Numbered from the stretch's first letter, positions 9,164 through 19,220 are shown. The stretch is 64,000 nt of DNA from Candidatus Gastranaerophilales bacterium (GCA_944323485.1 CALUSR010000001.1:66437-130436), one strand, 5' to 3'. Translations and numbers: made by a program. The notes: generated by a model not told the origin, from the sequence alone.

Positions 9164-9991
9164 TTAAATTGAATTTGTAACGCTGAATTGAGCTTCTTTT
9201 ATCAAATTCTTGCTCTCTCCTTTTTCGTTCTTATAAGTCAAAATTACCTTCATTATGTATTCTCCCTCTTCTAGATTCTGAGGAAGAATTCCCCTTTCTT
9301 CAAAAACACCGTTTGCACGAATTGTATTGCTGTTCATTTCAAACTCTTTAATCAATTTTTTATCTTTTATAATCTGAGCCTTCCCATGATATCTGACCTT
9401 GCTGTTTCCACCGGCGCTCAGGGACATTTTGTAGACAAGATTGTGATTTTCTTTTTGTATTTGCAAATCATCAAACCTTCCGACCTTTACAAAACGCCCC
9501 CTGTCAACATAAATCGGAATACCAAGCCTTGTTTTTACGATAAGTTTTGTACTCACATTTTTATTCCCGCTTGGAAGCAGCACTTCTTTTGCTTTTACAT
9601 CCTCAATAAACATAACCATTCGTGATTCACCGTCAGGCAGTTTTTTTATGTCGGTAAAAGTAACTCTCACAAGCTGAGGTTTACCGTCTTTCAGAGTAAA
9701 TTCGTTCGGAACAAATCTCGCATAAGGAATCAAATTATCAGCATTATTTGACGACGGAGCAGAGCTCATTTTGCCTGAATCGGTTATTGTAAAATACTCT
9801 GGATAAAGTTTGAACCTTATTGTTTCCCCCTTGTCTGCCTGCACGCTGAACGCCGTTGTCAAATAATTACCCCTACTTTTATTTGCATTAAGCTCTATAA
9901 GCGTAGGCATAACCCTGACGGCGGCAAAAGCAAAATTTGTCTGAAAGAACAAAACCAATAAAATAAAAGTTGTTACCGTAAAATCTTTCAT
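9164..9991 (-). CDS. periplasmic PapD-like pilus chaperone (putative)
   Basis: Start moved to the ATG at 9991 (AAGGAG SD 5 nt upstream; MKDFTVTTFILLV... signal). AVRVMPTLIEL...TIRFKLYP, LPDGESRMVMFIEDV and LIVKTRLGIPIYVDR mirror the conserved strands of two-domain fimbrial chaperones. Confidence 0.5.
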   Translation of the reverse strand: MKDFTVTTFILLVLFFQTNFAFAAVRVMPTLIELNANKSRGNYLTTAFSVQADKGETIRFKLYPEYFTITDSGKMSSAPSSNNADNLIPYARFVPNEFTLKDGKPQLVRVTFTDIKKLPDGESRMVMFIEDVKAKEVLLPSGNKNVSTKLIVKTRLGIPIYVDRGRFVKVGRFDDLQIQKENHNLVYKMSLSAGGNSKVRYHGKAQIIKDKKLIKEFEMNSNTIRANGVFEERGILPQNLEEGEYIMKVILTYKNEKGESKNLIKEAQFSVTNSI

Positions 9992-9992
9992 A

Positions 9993-10877
9993 TTACTCCT
10001 TCTCAATAATGTAAGTAAACGGATTTTGTCTTACACCTTCTTTTATATAGCTTTTTGAGTCAGGATTTCTAAACGAATATTCGATAATCAAATTTGTAGG
10101 AATACCATTCCCGCTTTCAATTCCATCGATTGTTCCTGTCCCTCTTGCAAGAAAATATCTGCGATTTGGAAGAATTCTGGTTCGATTATGTTCATAATCA
10201 ACAACACTTCCGTTCACGTTCTTTATGTAAAAATAATACTCCCCGTCAAGCTTCCCGATGTTTGAGGTGTCAAGACAGAGTTTCCATTTCGTGTTTGAGC
10301 TCAAATCAAGTCTTATGTCATTCTGATTCTTTACTGTAGAATATGAATTGAAAATATCATCATCACCAACCCTTATTAACGGTTCCCCGCTGAATGAGCT
10401 TATTGTCTGTTTCTCTTCAACAGAAAACGAAAACATATATTCCCCTTCATAATCTCTCATATTCCCATCACGGTTCATAAATTTCAAAAGTACTGAATAC
10501 ATCCCTGATGGCAGCTCTCCGATGTTTTCAAGGCGCAAGTTTACATTCTTGTTCAAAACGCCTGCCCCTTCCCCGGGGTCTGAAAAAAACATATGCCAGC
10601 CCTTATCACTGATTTGATAAGACTGCCCGTCGCATAGTATATAAAGATTGTTCACGGGAATTTTCACCGCAGGATTTTCATTATTAACAATAAATCCGTC
10701 AGCAGAGCGCACAAAGAGTTTTGAATGCCCCGATTGAAAATAAGACAAATTCAGATTTGCAACAACCGAGTTTGAAGTAATAATCGGAATACCTGTTTGC
10801 TCCGCACGGAAATAAGTATTTGCCTGCACATACAAACATAAGAAAAAAAACAAAACAGCGGTGATTATTATTTTCAT
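9993..10877 (-). CDS. secreted protein of the pilus-like locus (possible tip/adhesin subunit)
   Basis: Start taken at the ATG at 10877 (GAGGA SD; MKIIITAVLFFFLCLYVQA signal). It is the first gene of the minus-strand block, and its stop overlaps the chaperone start region. Confidence 0.4.
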   Translation of the reverse strand: MKIIITAVLFFFLCLYVQANTYFRAEQTGIPIITSNSVVANLNLSYFQSGHSKLFVRSADGFIVNNENPAVKIPVNNLYILCDGQSYQISDKGWHMFFSDPGEGAGVLNKNVNLRLENIGELPSGMYSVLLKFMNRDGNMRDYEGEYMFSFSVEEKQTISSFSGEPLIRVGDDDIFNSYSTVKNQNDIRLDLSSNTKWKLCLDTSNIGKLDGEYYFYIKNVNGSVVDYEHNRTRILPNRRYFLARGTGTIDGIESGNGIPTNLIIEYSFRNPDSKSYIKEGVRQNPFTYIIEKE

Positions 10878-11027
10878 CTTCTTAAAGTCCTCAACCACCA
10901 CTTTTATAAATTTTCACACATCGAAAAAAAATACCTCGTAGGATAGAAAAACAGGCAATATATTTTTTACCCGTCAAGAGGATTTCAAAAATTTTTGTGA
11001 AGAATAAAGTTTTGGTGAGGATAAAAT

Positions 11028-11513
11028 ATGAAAAGACTTATTCTTTCAATACTAACAATCATAATATTATTAACTCCGGAGTCATGTTTTGCAGAAACAC
11101 ACTCAACACAAACCATACAAGCCTCACTGCCTGAAGTGCTGCATATAGAAAAAATTATTGTAGACGGTGTTGAGTATGAGAAAGATGAAAAAATTGAAAA
11201 TGTCGAAATCAGAGGAGTTGAACAAATTAGCGAAGATTGTTACCGTCTCAGTTTCAATCCGTTTTCCGTAAGAATTAATACAAACATAGCGGATCCGATA
11301 CAGGTAAGTGCAAAGTTTGAAAGCTGCTGTAGCGCCTGCGGACGTTATCCGATGAAGCCGGAAGACCTGAGTGTCAGCCCATCATCCTATACAATCAACA
11401 ACCCGTATAATATGGTAGAAACCGATTTCTTTGTCCCTCAGGTGTTAACACATCCGGATACAGTATGTACAACTTATAATGCCAGGCTGGTAATATCTCT
11501 AGGAAGGGTCTGA
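11028..11513 (+). CDS. secreted small subunit-like protein (divergent from the pilus block)
   Basis: 161 aa with a signal peptide. The mature N-terminus TQTIQASLPEVLHIE resembles DTQILRAKLPSYVDIS of 8546..9154. The beta-rich C-terminal end is YNARLVISLGRV. Confidence 0.4.
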   Translation: MKRLILSILTIIILLTPESCFAETHSTQTIQASLPEVLHIEKIIVDGVEYEKDEKIENVEIRGVEQISEDCYRLSFNPFSVRINTNIADPIQVSAKFESCCSACGRYPMKPEDLSVSPSSYTINNPYNMVETDFFVPQVLTHPDTVCTTYNARLVISLGRV

Positions 11514-11514
11514 T

Positions 11515-12246
11515 ATGAGAAAAAAACTTCTTGCACTGTTTATAATATTATCTCTTAACACACCTTATGCATCAGCAAGAGTAGGCACACCATCATTCGA
11601 CTTTGAAATTGCAGAAAATCCCGCAGCACAGGACACAGGAAGCAAAGACAACGGATTATCCGGAGGAGCAGTTACGGCAATTACCCTCGGTTCTATAGGA
11701 GGTGCTGGATTATTGGGACTCGGAGCTTTTTTGCTGCGAAGACAGGCTGAAAAAAATCTTACGGCAGGAACAGTTATCGGAGCGAGAAAGCCAATCTGTC
11801 CGATTTGTCTTGACAAAAACCCGAATGCTCAAATATATGAAAGAATAAACAAAAACTACCCCTACCTGAAAAAAGCTCTCAGCCTTAATGAGATACACTA
11901 CTGCCCAGACTCAAAATATATCCTTGTATATGACACTTCTATCGAAAAAAGAAAATTCGATTTAATAAAATTCTATATCCCGCAAAATACAAAATCTTTG
12001 AAAATAACTCATGTCACTGACCCGTTTGAAGAAGGCGACATCTCTACAGAACTCTATATGTACAAAAAGAATCAATCGAACCCGAGCGAATCAGCTATGC
12101 TCAAAGGCGAGTCAAACAAACAAAACGGTATAATAATCAAAACAACATCATCTGATATATCACAATATGAAAGCGCATCATACATCATATCAAACTATGC
12201 TTCAAAGAAAACTTATGCCGTTGTTATAGAGCTTATTGCGGAATAA
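11515..12246 (+). CDS. single-pass membrane protein, unknown function
   Basis: 243 aa. Signal peptide, Gly-rich TM (GGAVTAITLGSIGGAGLLGLGAFLL) followed by RRQ, then a 170-aa domain. The ATG lies 1 nt after the stop of 11028..11513. Confidence 0.45.
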   Translation: MRKKLLALFIILSLNTPYASARVGTPSFDFEIAENPAAQDTGSKDNGLSGGAVTAITLGSIGGAGLLGLGAFLLRRQAEKNLTAGTVIGARKPICPICLDKNPNAQIYERINKNYPYLKKALSLNEIHYCPDSKYILVYDTSIEKRKFDLIKFYIPQNTKSLKITHVTDPFEEGDISTELYMYKKNQSNPSESAMLKGESNKQNGIIIKTTSSDISQYESASYIISNYASKKTYAVVIELIAE

Positions 12247-12712
12247 TGTTATCAAATAATTTATACGCCTCATCAGGACTGTCTATGCCTCTGACTTTTT
12301 TCTCCATAGGGCAAAGATTATCGCCGGCTCTATTTTTAATATTATCAACAACTTTATCTGCTCTGTATTTGACATGATGCTTTTTGAAAACCTCAACAGC
12401 TGGCTTTGAAATTAAAGGAGTATAAACATATTTTGCCCCGCCGTAAACAAACAAAAGTGCAGCCGCTTTTCCTATAACCTTATCGCCTGCATAAGCTCTC
12501 TCAAAATCCTTATTCCTGACATAATCAACCAGCGGTTTTATCCCTCTGCCGTCATAAACTTCTGTCTTTCCTTCTTTTATGACAACAAGTGAATGTTCTG
12601 AAAGCTGTTCTCTCAAAATATCAATATCTTCTTTCGCCATGCCTGCATACGCAAAAGCTGACGACAAAATAACAGTAAATATAACAGCGGCAAAAAAGTT
12701 TAATATTTTCAT
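12233..12712 (-). CDS. DUF1893-family protein with N-terminal signal/anchor
   Basis: 159 aa. ...GDKVIGKAAALLFVYGGAKYVY...NRAGDNLCPMEKKV matches my recollection of the DUF1893 (TM1506-like) family. Confidence 0.5.
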   Translation of the reverse strand: MKILNFFAAVIFTVILSSAFAYAGMAKEDIDILREQLSEHSLVVIKEGKTEVYDGRGIKPLVDYVRNKDFERAYAGDKVIGKAAALLFVYGGAKYVYTPLISKPAVEVFKKHHVKYRADKVVDNIKNRAGDNLCPMEKKVRGIDSPDEAYKLFDNIIPQ

Positions 12713-12803
12713 AACCTGCCCTCTTAAGCTTGTTAATATTATAATTGCCGAGAAAAAATATTTCTACTACAATTTAGGTACAAAAACGCAGGACGTTCTA
12801 ATT

Positions 12804-15725
12804 ATGTTTTTCTACTCTGATTTGCATATCCACTCAAAATACTCAAGGGCAACAAGCAAAAGCTGTAATCTCGAAGAACTTGCGTTGTGGGCACAGAAAA
12901 AAGGGCTTACCCTGATATCAACAGGAGATTTCACCCATCCGGCATGGTTTGAAGAAATAAAAGAAAAATTGATACCGGCAGAATCTGGCGTCTTCAAACT
13001 CAGACCGGATATAGAAAAACATCTTTTTCAAAATCCGTCGCCTGTCAGATTTCTTCTCTCTGTCGAAATTTCAACAATATACAAAAAATGGGATAAAACA
13101 AGAAAAGTCCACCATGTTGTTTTTATGCCGGATTTGAAAGCAGCGGAAATCTTCAGACAAAAACTCTCGGCAATCGGCAACATCAAATCTGACGGACGTC
13201 CTATCCTCGGGCTTGATTCCCGTGATTTACTCGAGATTGCGCTTGAATCAGGAGAAAACTCTTTTCTGATACCTGCCCATATCTGGACACCATGGTTTTC
13301 CGCCCTCGGTTCTAAATCAGGCTTTGACTCAATTGAAGACTGCTACGGTGATTTAGCAAGCCACATATTCGCCGTCGAAACAGGTCTTTCATCAGATCCT
13401 GAAATGAACTGGAGAGTTTCTTCACTTGATAAATACAGACTTGTATCAAACTCTGACGCCCACTCTCCGTCAAAACTCGCAAGAGAAGCAACTGTTTTCA
13501 ATACGGAACCTGACTATATGAGCATTATGAATGCACTGAAAACAGGCGACGGTTATGTCGGCACAGTCGAATTTTTCCCTGAAGAAGGAAAATACCACGA
13601 AGACGGACACCGAAAATGCAACGTGTGCCTTTCTCCTGAAGAAACAGTCAAGCTGAATGGCATATGTCCCGTGTGTCACAAACCAGTGACTATAGGTGTC
13701 ATGCATAGAGTTAACGAACTTACGGACAGGAGGGAAAAATCCGTCATTCCTCCAAAAACAGCAGGCAAAGTATTCAGCCTTGTCCCTCTGCCTGAAATTC
13801 TCTCTGAAATTATGCAGGTCGGCGTATCAAGCAAATCAGTCACATACGAATACGAAAATCTTATTCAAAAACTCGGGTCAGAACTTTCAATCCTGAGAGA
13901 AATCCCGATTGATGACATATCAAAAGCGTACTCACCCCTGCTTGGTGAGGGTATCTCAAGGCTGAGAGCAGGCAAAGTAATCAAACACCCGGGATACGAC
14001 GGTGAATACGGTGTCATAAGACTTTTTAAACCTGACGAACTTGCAAGAAAAAATTTTATAAACCTAAAATTGAATATAAACATCCCTGCCCAAAAGACAA
14101 CAGAAACACCATCTTTAAAGAAAATTGATTTTAAAAAAGATATCACAATACCTTTAAAAAAACAGGAGCAAACAAATTTCCACGGCTCTCTTGATGAAGC
14201 ACAGGAACACGCAATCAAAAATGAGAATAACCAGCTTATTATCACAGCAGGACCTGGGTCTGGAAAAACAACAGTCCTGACAAGGCGTATCGCATATCTT
14301 ATATCTCAAAAAAATGTTTCTCCTGAAAGTTGTCTTGCCATCACCTTCACCAAAAAAGCAGCCCAAGAAATGAGAGAACGGCTGGAAAAACTTCTTCCAG
14401 AACATTTTGATAAAATAAACATCCACACATTCCATTCTTTATGCTTTTCAATCCTGCAACAACACTCAAAACAGGCAGGGCTGGACAAGGATTTCAGAGT
14501 TATAAGCGAGCAGGAAAAAAAACTGCTCGATAAAGAATACCAAAAAGACAAAATGCTCGTATTCGACGACCTTATTTCTCTAACTCTAAAATTATTCGAA
14601 CAAAATCCCTCAATCAAAGAATCTTATCAAAAACTCTTTGAATTTGTTTCAGTTGACGAATATCAGGATATCGATGAAAATCAGTATAAGCTTATTAAGC
14701 TTCTTGTTCCCCCTGATGGGAATATCTGCGCAATAGGCGACCCAAATCAAGCAATCTACGGTTTTAGAGGCGGCGATGCAAAATTTTTCAATAACTTCGC
14801 AGAAGATTATCCAAAAGCAAAAATAATCAACCTCAAAAACAACTACCGCTCCGCTGCTAATATTATCAATGCTTCAAATCAAATGCTGAACTCTTATAAC
14901 ATCACCTCAAAATACGGAATTAATAACGAAAAAATCACAATCCACACAGCGCAAACAGATAAAGCCGAGGCTGAATTTGCAGTCAAAACGATAGAAGATA
15001 TGATAGGCGGCCACAGTTTTTTCTCACTCGACTCAAATAGAGCATCAGGAGAAGACTCAAATCTCTCGTTTTCTGATTTTGCAATCCTCTATAGAACCTC
15101 ATCCCAAATAGCTCCGGTTGAAGAAGCACTCAAAAGATCGGGAATGCCTTATGCAAAACTATCAAATAATATGCTCTGCGAAAATAAACATATACAAACG
15201 CTCATCAAAAAATTGACATCAAACATCGAAATAACAGAACAACTGAAATTGTTCAAACAGGAATTTTCTGACAAAATAGAAGACTATATCTGGGAGTACC
15301 TCTCATCACTCGCTTCAAACTATAACTCAAAAGACGAATTCATCCATGAATTATCCCTTCTCTCAGAAATTGACCTCCTCGATAAACGAGCAGACAGAAT
15401 TGCCCTGCTGACACTGCATGCATCAAAGGGGCTCGAGTTTGAATGTGTGTTTATAATAGGACTTGAAGAGGAGATTGTTCCTTTTTATCTGGTCGACACA
15501 CAGCACGACATTGAAGAAGAAAAACGTTTGTTATACGTAGGAATGACAAGAGCAAAACAAAAACTCTTCCTCACAAGAGCCGAAAAACGACTCTGGCGGG
15601 GCAAACTGCGGCACCTCGCACCTTCTCCGTTTCTGAACAAAATAGAAGAAAATCTTCTTAATCTTACAAAATACGAAAAAACTTTCTACGAAAAAGACAG
15701 CTCAAACCAGCTCTCATTATTCTGA
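12804..15725 (+). CDS. endonuclease Q-like PHP domain fused to a UvrD/PcrA-type SF1 helicase
   Basis: Start set at the ATG at 12804 (MFFYSDLHIHSKYSRATS, PHP motif); the track ORF from 12579 overlaps the converging gene. Zn ribbon CNVC-x13-CPVC. Helicase motifs GPGSGKTT, TFTKKAAQEM, VDEYQD, GDPNQAIYGFRG, NYRS, LTLHASKGLEF and VGMTRAK. Confidence 0.8.
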   Translation: MFFYSDLHIHSKYSRATSKSCNLEELALWAQKKGLTLISTGDFTHPAWFEEIKEKLIPAESGVFKLRPDIEKHLFQNPSPVRFLLSVEISTIYKKWDKTRKVHHVVFMPDLKAAEIFRQKLSAIGNIKSDGRPILGLDSRDLLEIALESGENSFLIPAHIWTPWFSALGSKSGFDSIEDCYGDLASHIFAVETGLSSDPEMNWRVSSLDKYRLVSNSDAHSPSKLAREATVFNTEPDYMSIMNALKTGDGYVGTVEFFPEEGKYHEDGHRKCNVCLSPEETVKLNGICPVCHKPVTIGVMHRVNELTDRREKSVIPPKTAGKVFSLVPLPEILSEIMQVGVSSKSVTYEYENLIQKLGSELSILREIPIDDISKAYSPLLGEGISRLRAGKVIKHPGYDGEYGVIRLFKPDELARKNFINLKLNINIPAQKTTETPSLKKIDFKKDITIPLKKQEQTNFHGSLDEAQEHAIKNENNQLIITAGPGSGKTTVLTRRIAYLISQKNVSPESCLAITFTKKAAQEMRERLEKLLPEHFDKINIHTFHSLCFSILQQHSKQAGLDKDFRVISEQEKKLLDKEYQKDKMLVFDDLISLTLKLFEQNPSIKESYQKLFEFVSVDEYQDIDENQYKLIKLLVPPDGNICAIGDPNQAIYGFRGGDAKFFNNFAEDYPKAKIINLKNNYRSAANIINASNQMLNSYNITSKYGINNEKITIHTAQTDKAEAEFAVKTIEDMIGGHSFFSLDSNRASGEDSNLSFSDFAILYRTSSQIAPVEEALKRSGMPYAKLSNNMLCENKHIQTLIKKLTSNIEITEQLKLFKQEFSDKIEDYIWEYLSSLASNYNSKDEFIHELSLLSEIDLLDKRADRIALLTLHASKGLEFECVFIIGLEEEIVPFYLVDTQHDIEEEKRLLYVGMTRAKQKLFLTRAEKRLWRGKLRHLAPSPFLNKIEENLLNLTKYEKTFYEKDSSNQLSLF

Positions 15726-15730
15726 AAGGC

Positions 15731-15994
15731 TTATTTTTTGAATAAATTTGAAATTTTTTCAGAGGTATAACTCCCGACTGATTTCAAAAACTCACCTGTT
15801 GATTTAGCTGACTCTTTACCCTTATCAAGGACATGACGGAGTTCTTCATCAGAACCAACAAATCTATCCGTATATTCGCCGGCTTTGTTGCGTATCTTTT
15901 GCACAGTATCTGACTCAGATAGGTTTCTGACCGCTTTTTGATATTCAGTATTGCATTTTTCAAATCCTCTTGAAAGCATATTTGTTAACTTCAT
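15731..15994 (-). CDS. hypothetical small protein
   Basis: 87-aa ORF, charged and helical. No recognisable motif. Confidence 0.4.
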   Translation of the reverse strand: MKLTNMLSRGFEKCNTEYQKAVRNLSESDTVQKIRNKAGEYTDRFVGSDEELRHVLDKGKESAKSTGEFLKSVGSYTSEKISNLFKK

Positions 15995-16086
15995 ATACGG
16001 GCTCCTTCATGTTTGTACATAATAAGTATAAAGCAGCTGAAAGATTTTTTGACCGTTTTTCAGCCGTTTGTAATATTTCCTAACAA

Positions 16087-18633
16087 CTAATCAGCCTTAA
16101 TGCTCAACACTTCATATCCGGCATTTGTTACCGCATCAGTCAAAATTTTGTCATCGATTTCTTTTGAACAAACAACAACAGCTGTCTTATTCTCAAGATT
16201 GACATCAACTTCGGCAACACCATCAAGCGCAGACAACACGTCATGAACTCTTTTCTGGCAATGAGCACACATCATACCATCTATTAGCATTATTTTTTTC
16301 ATATTTTTATCTCCTGCAAACAACTCTTTTTCTTTCGGCTGTTCTTCTATATTATCCCTAAACAAACGAATTCTCAATGCATTTGATACAACACACACCG
16401 AACTCAAACTCATGGCAGCAGCAGCAATCATCGGACTCAAAAGCAGACCAAAAGCAGGATATAACACACCGGCTGCAACAGGTATACCTATGATGTTATA
16501 AACAAAAGCCCAGAACAAACTGGTTCTGATGTTTTTCACAACTTCACCGCTAAGCCTGATTGCTCTGACAACATCGAGCAAAGAGTCCTTCATCAAAACA
16601 ACATCACCCGAGTCTACAGCAATATCAGTCCCCGCACCGATGGCAATACCGACATCAGCACGCACAAGAGCAGGTGCATCATTCACTCCATCGCCTACCA
16701 TGGCAACTCTATGACCGCTATCCTGCAGCCTGCCGACTTCTGCTTCTTTACCTTCAGGGCGAACATCGGCTATAACTTCATCAATCCCTACCTCTTTTGC
16801 AATTGACCCGGCAGTCAGTCTGTTATCGCCCGTTAATAAAATAACTCTCAACCCTGATTGTTTTAAATACATGACTGCCTCGGCACTCGTTTGACGAACG
16901 CTGTCTGCAACCGCTATCAGCCCCAAGAGTTTTTTATTTTTTGCAAAAAATAACGGTGTTTTCCCGAGATAAGAATATTTCTCCGACATTTTACCAAAAA
17001 ATGCAGAATCCTCCACCTCGTTCTCTGACATAAGCTTAATATTACCGGCAGTATATGATTCCCCGTCGATAACTGCCAGCACGCCCTTCCCGGGTATAAT
17101 TTCAAATTTATCGGGAGTTTTTATCTCTATGCCCTCTTCCTTTGCCTTGTTCACAACAGCCCCTGCAAGCGGGTGTTCACTTCCCTGTTCGATGCTCGCA
17201 GCAATTGAAAGAAAATCCTTTTCCGATAAGTTTGCAAACACCTCAACATCGGTAACTTTCGGACGTCCTGAAGTTACGGTTCCTGTCTTATCTAATACAA
17301 CCGTATCAACAGAATGCAGCCTTTCAAGACTTTCTGCAGATTTTATCAAAATACCGTACTCAGCTGCCTTACCCATCCCAACCATAATTGCAACAGGTGT
17401 TGCAAGCCCGAGTGCACACGGACATGAGATGACAAGCACTGATACCGCACAGTTGAAAGCAAACTCAAAACTCTGCCCTGCCGCAATCCAGCATATAGCA
17501 GTCAAAATAGCAATAACAATCACCGCAGGCACAAATATTCCGCTGATGCTGTCAGCAAGACGCGCAATAGGAGCCTTTGAACTTCCCGCCTCATCAACAA
17601 GTTTGATTATTCTCGCAAGAGTTGTGTCTTCTCCGACGTTTGAAGCCCGGAACCTAAAACTGCCGTTTTTGTTTACGGTAGCAGAAAGAACTTCATCACC
17701 GATATTTTTCTCAACAGGAATGCTCTCTCCCGTAATAGCGGACTGGTCAACATACCCGTAACCGTCTGTCACAACACCGTCGACAGGAATGCTTTCACCT
17801 GGTTTTATCAAAACAATATCACCCGATACAACCTGCTCGCTCGGAATAATAACTTCTTTTCCGTTTCTTATTATAACAGCTGTCTTTGGTGCAAGATTAA
17901 CAAGTTTATCAAGAGCATCGGAAGTCTTTGCTTTGGAGCGAGCCTCAAGATACTTCCCGACGGTAACAAGCGTAAGGATAGTCGCACATGATTCAAAATA
18001 AAGAACTTTAGAATATCTCAAGACAAAATCAAAGTTCCCGTGAGAAAATCCGTAAATCATCATATAAATTGCAAAAATCCCATACAGCAACGAAGCGCCG
18101 GCACCAATTGCAACAAGAGAATCCATATTCGGCATTTTGTTAAAAAAGGCTTTTATTCCTGAAACAAAAAAATGACCGTTTATTACAACAACGGGAATTG
18201 TCAGCAAAAACTGTGTGAACGCAAACAGAAGAGAATTTTCTTTACCTGATAAAAATAAAGGAACCGGCAGCAAAAGCATATGCCCCATCGAAATATACAA
18301 AAGAGGAATAAGAAAAATTATCGACAATATTAATCTCTGTTTAAGTTTCTTTTGATTTAAAACTTCTTCCTCTTTCCTTCTCTGCCACTCCCTGCGGAAA
18401 TCATTCCGCCCGCCGTGATGCTCAAACAAAAATGCACCATATCCCGCTTTTGAAACAGCCTCAGCAATTTTTTGAGAATCTGTCTTTAAGTCGTCGTATT
18501 TTACCACCATTGTGTTCGCAAGCAAGCTGACATCAACATCCGACACACCGTCGAGTTTTTGCACGCTTTTTGCAACATGTATCTGGCAGGCAGCACAGGA
18601 CATGCCTGTTATTTGAAATTTTTCCGTCTTCAT
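16087..18633 (-). CDS. copA: copper-translocating P1B-type ATPase
   Basis: N-terminal HMA (GMSCAAC), CPC in a TM helix (SCPCALGLATP), DKTGT, GDGVNDAP, and a second C-terminal HMA domain (GMMCAHC). The ATG at 18633 is preferred over the TTG at 18654. Confidence 0.9.
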   Translation of the reverse strand: MKTEKFQITGMSCAACQIHVAKSVQKLDGVSDVDVSLLANTMVVKYDDLKTDSQKIAEAVSKAGYGAFLFEHHGGRNDFRREWQRRKEEEVLNQKKLKQRLILSIIFLIPLLYISMGHMLLLPVPLFLSGKENSLLFAFTQFLLTIPVVVINGHFFVSGIKAFFNKMPNMDSLVAIGAGASLLYGIFAIYMMIYGFSHGNFDFVLRYSKVLYFESCATILTLVTVGKYLEARSKAKTSDALDKLVNLAPKTAVIIRNGKEVIIPSEQVVSGDIVLIKPGESIPVDGVVTDGYGYVDQSAITGESIPVEKNIGDEVLSATVNKNGSFRFRASNVGEDTTLARIIKLVDEAGSSKAPIARLADSISGIFVPAVIVIAILTAICWIAAGQSFEFAFNCAVSVLVISCPCALGLATPVAIMVGMGKAAEYGILIKSAESLERLHSVDTVVLDKTGTVTSGRPKVTDVEVFANLSEKDFLSIAASIEQGSEHPLAGAVVNKAKEEGIEIKTPDKFEIIPGKGVLAVIDGESYTAGNIKLMSENEVEDSAFFGKMSEKYSYLGKTPLFFAKNKKLLGLIAVADSVRQTSAEAVMYLKQSGLRVILLTGDNRLTAGSIAKEVGIDEVIADVRPEGKEAEVGRLQDSGHRVAMVGDGVNDAPALVRADVGIAIGAGTDIAVDSGDVVLMKDSLLDVVRAIRLSGEVVKNIRTSLFWAFVYNIIGIPVAAGVLYPAFGLLLSPMIAAAAMSLSSVCVVSNALRIRLFRDNIEEQPKEKELFAGDKNMKKIMLIDGMMCAHCQKRVHDVLSALDGVAEVDVNLENKTAVVVCSKEIDDKILTDAVTNAGYEVLSIKAD

Positions 18634-18710
18634 ATTTCTATTCTTTCTTTGCAAAAAGAAATATTCCGCTTCTATTTATAATAGCACATAACTCATCATC
18701 AACATTTTCA

Positions 18711-19220
18711 TTAAAAACAACCGTATAAACTTTTATACTCATCAACAACAGTATCGTTAATATCTGCAAAAATAATTTTATCAAAGCAGTCATCATGTGA
18801 AATAAACTCTTGAACTACACCTGATGCAATTTTACAGGCTTTATCAACGGGAAATCCGTAAACTCCGCATGAAACAGCAGGAAAAGCAATTGTTTTGATG
18901 TTATACTTTTTTGCCAGTTCAAGAGCTGTCTTATAACAGGATTTCAGAAGTTCACACTCATTTTTTCCCCCGCCGTACCAAACAGGACCGACTGTGTGGA
19001 TTACATATTTTGCCTGCAAATTATAACCCTTTGTAATCTTTGACTGCCCCGTTTCACACCCTCCAAGAGTTCTGCACTCTTCAACAAGCTTTCTGCCGGC
19101 AGCACGGTGAATTGCTCCGTCAACTCCTCCGCCGCCGAGAAGAGTCCTATTTGCCGCATTGACAATTGCATCAACCTGCAGCTTTGTAATATCACATTTT
19201 AAAATTTCTATTTCAGTCAT
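18711..19220 (-). CDS. macro domain protein (O-acetyl-ADP-ribose deacetylase/YmdB-like)
   Basis: 169 aa. [25 protein letters not shown] and VIHTVGP are typical macro-domain motifs. Confidence 0.85.
   Translation of the reverse strand: MTEIEILKCDITKLQVDAIVNAANRTLLGGGGVDGAIHRAAGRKLVEECRTLGGCETGQSKITKGYNLQAKYVIHTVGPVWYGGGKNECELLKSCYKTALELAKKYNIKTIAFPAVSCGVYGFPVDKACKIASGVVQEFISHDDCFDKIIFADINDTVVDEYKSLYGCF

Noticed and set aside
11662-11749. A sortase/PEP-CTERM-type C-terminal anchor (Gly-rich hydrophobic stretch followed by RRQ)
   Set aside because: The segment lies at residues ~50-78 of a 243-aa protein, not at the C-terminus, and no LPXTG or PEP motif precedes it. It is treated as an ordinary TM helix.
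12579-12803. The N-terminal 75 codons of the 1048-aa track ORF
   Set aside because: This stretch is antisense to the well-supported DUF1893 gene (12233..12712) and has odd composition. The conserved PHP motif begins right after the ATG at 12804, so the start was moved there.
17129-17761. A 210-aa ORF antisense to copA. Similar shadow ORFs are 968..1354, 1961..2251, 13865..14245, 39022..39414, 41129..41470, 42708..43061, 55913..56296 and 62576..62938.
   Set aside because: All lie fully inside strongly supported genes on the opposite strand. They have low-complexity or Ser/Thr/Cys-skewed translations and lack ribosome-binding sites, so they are treated as frame shadows.
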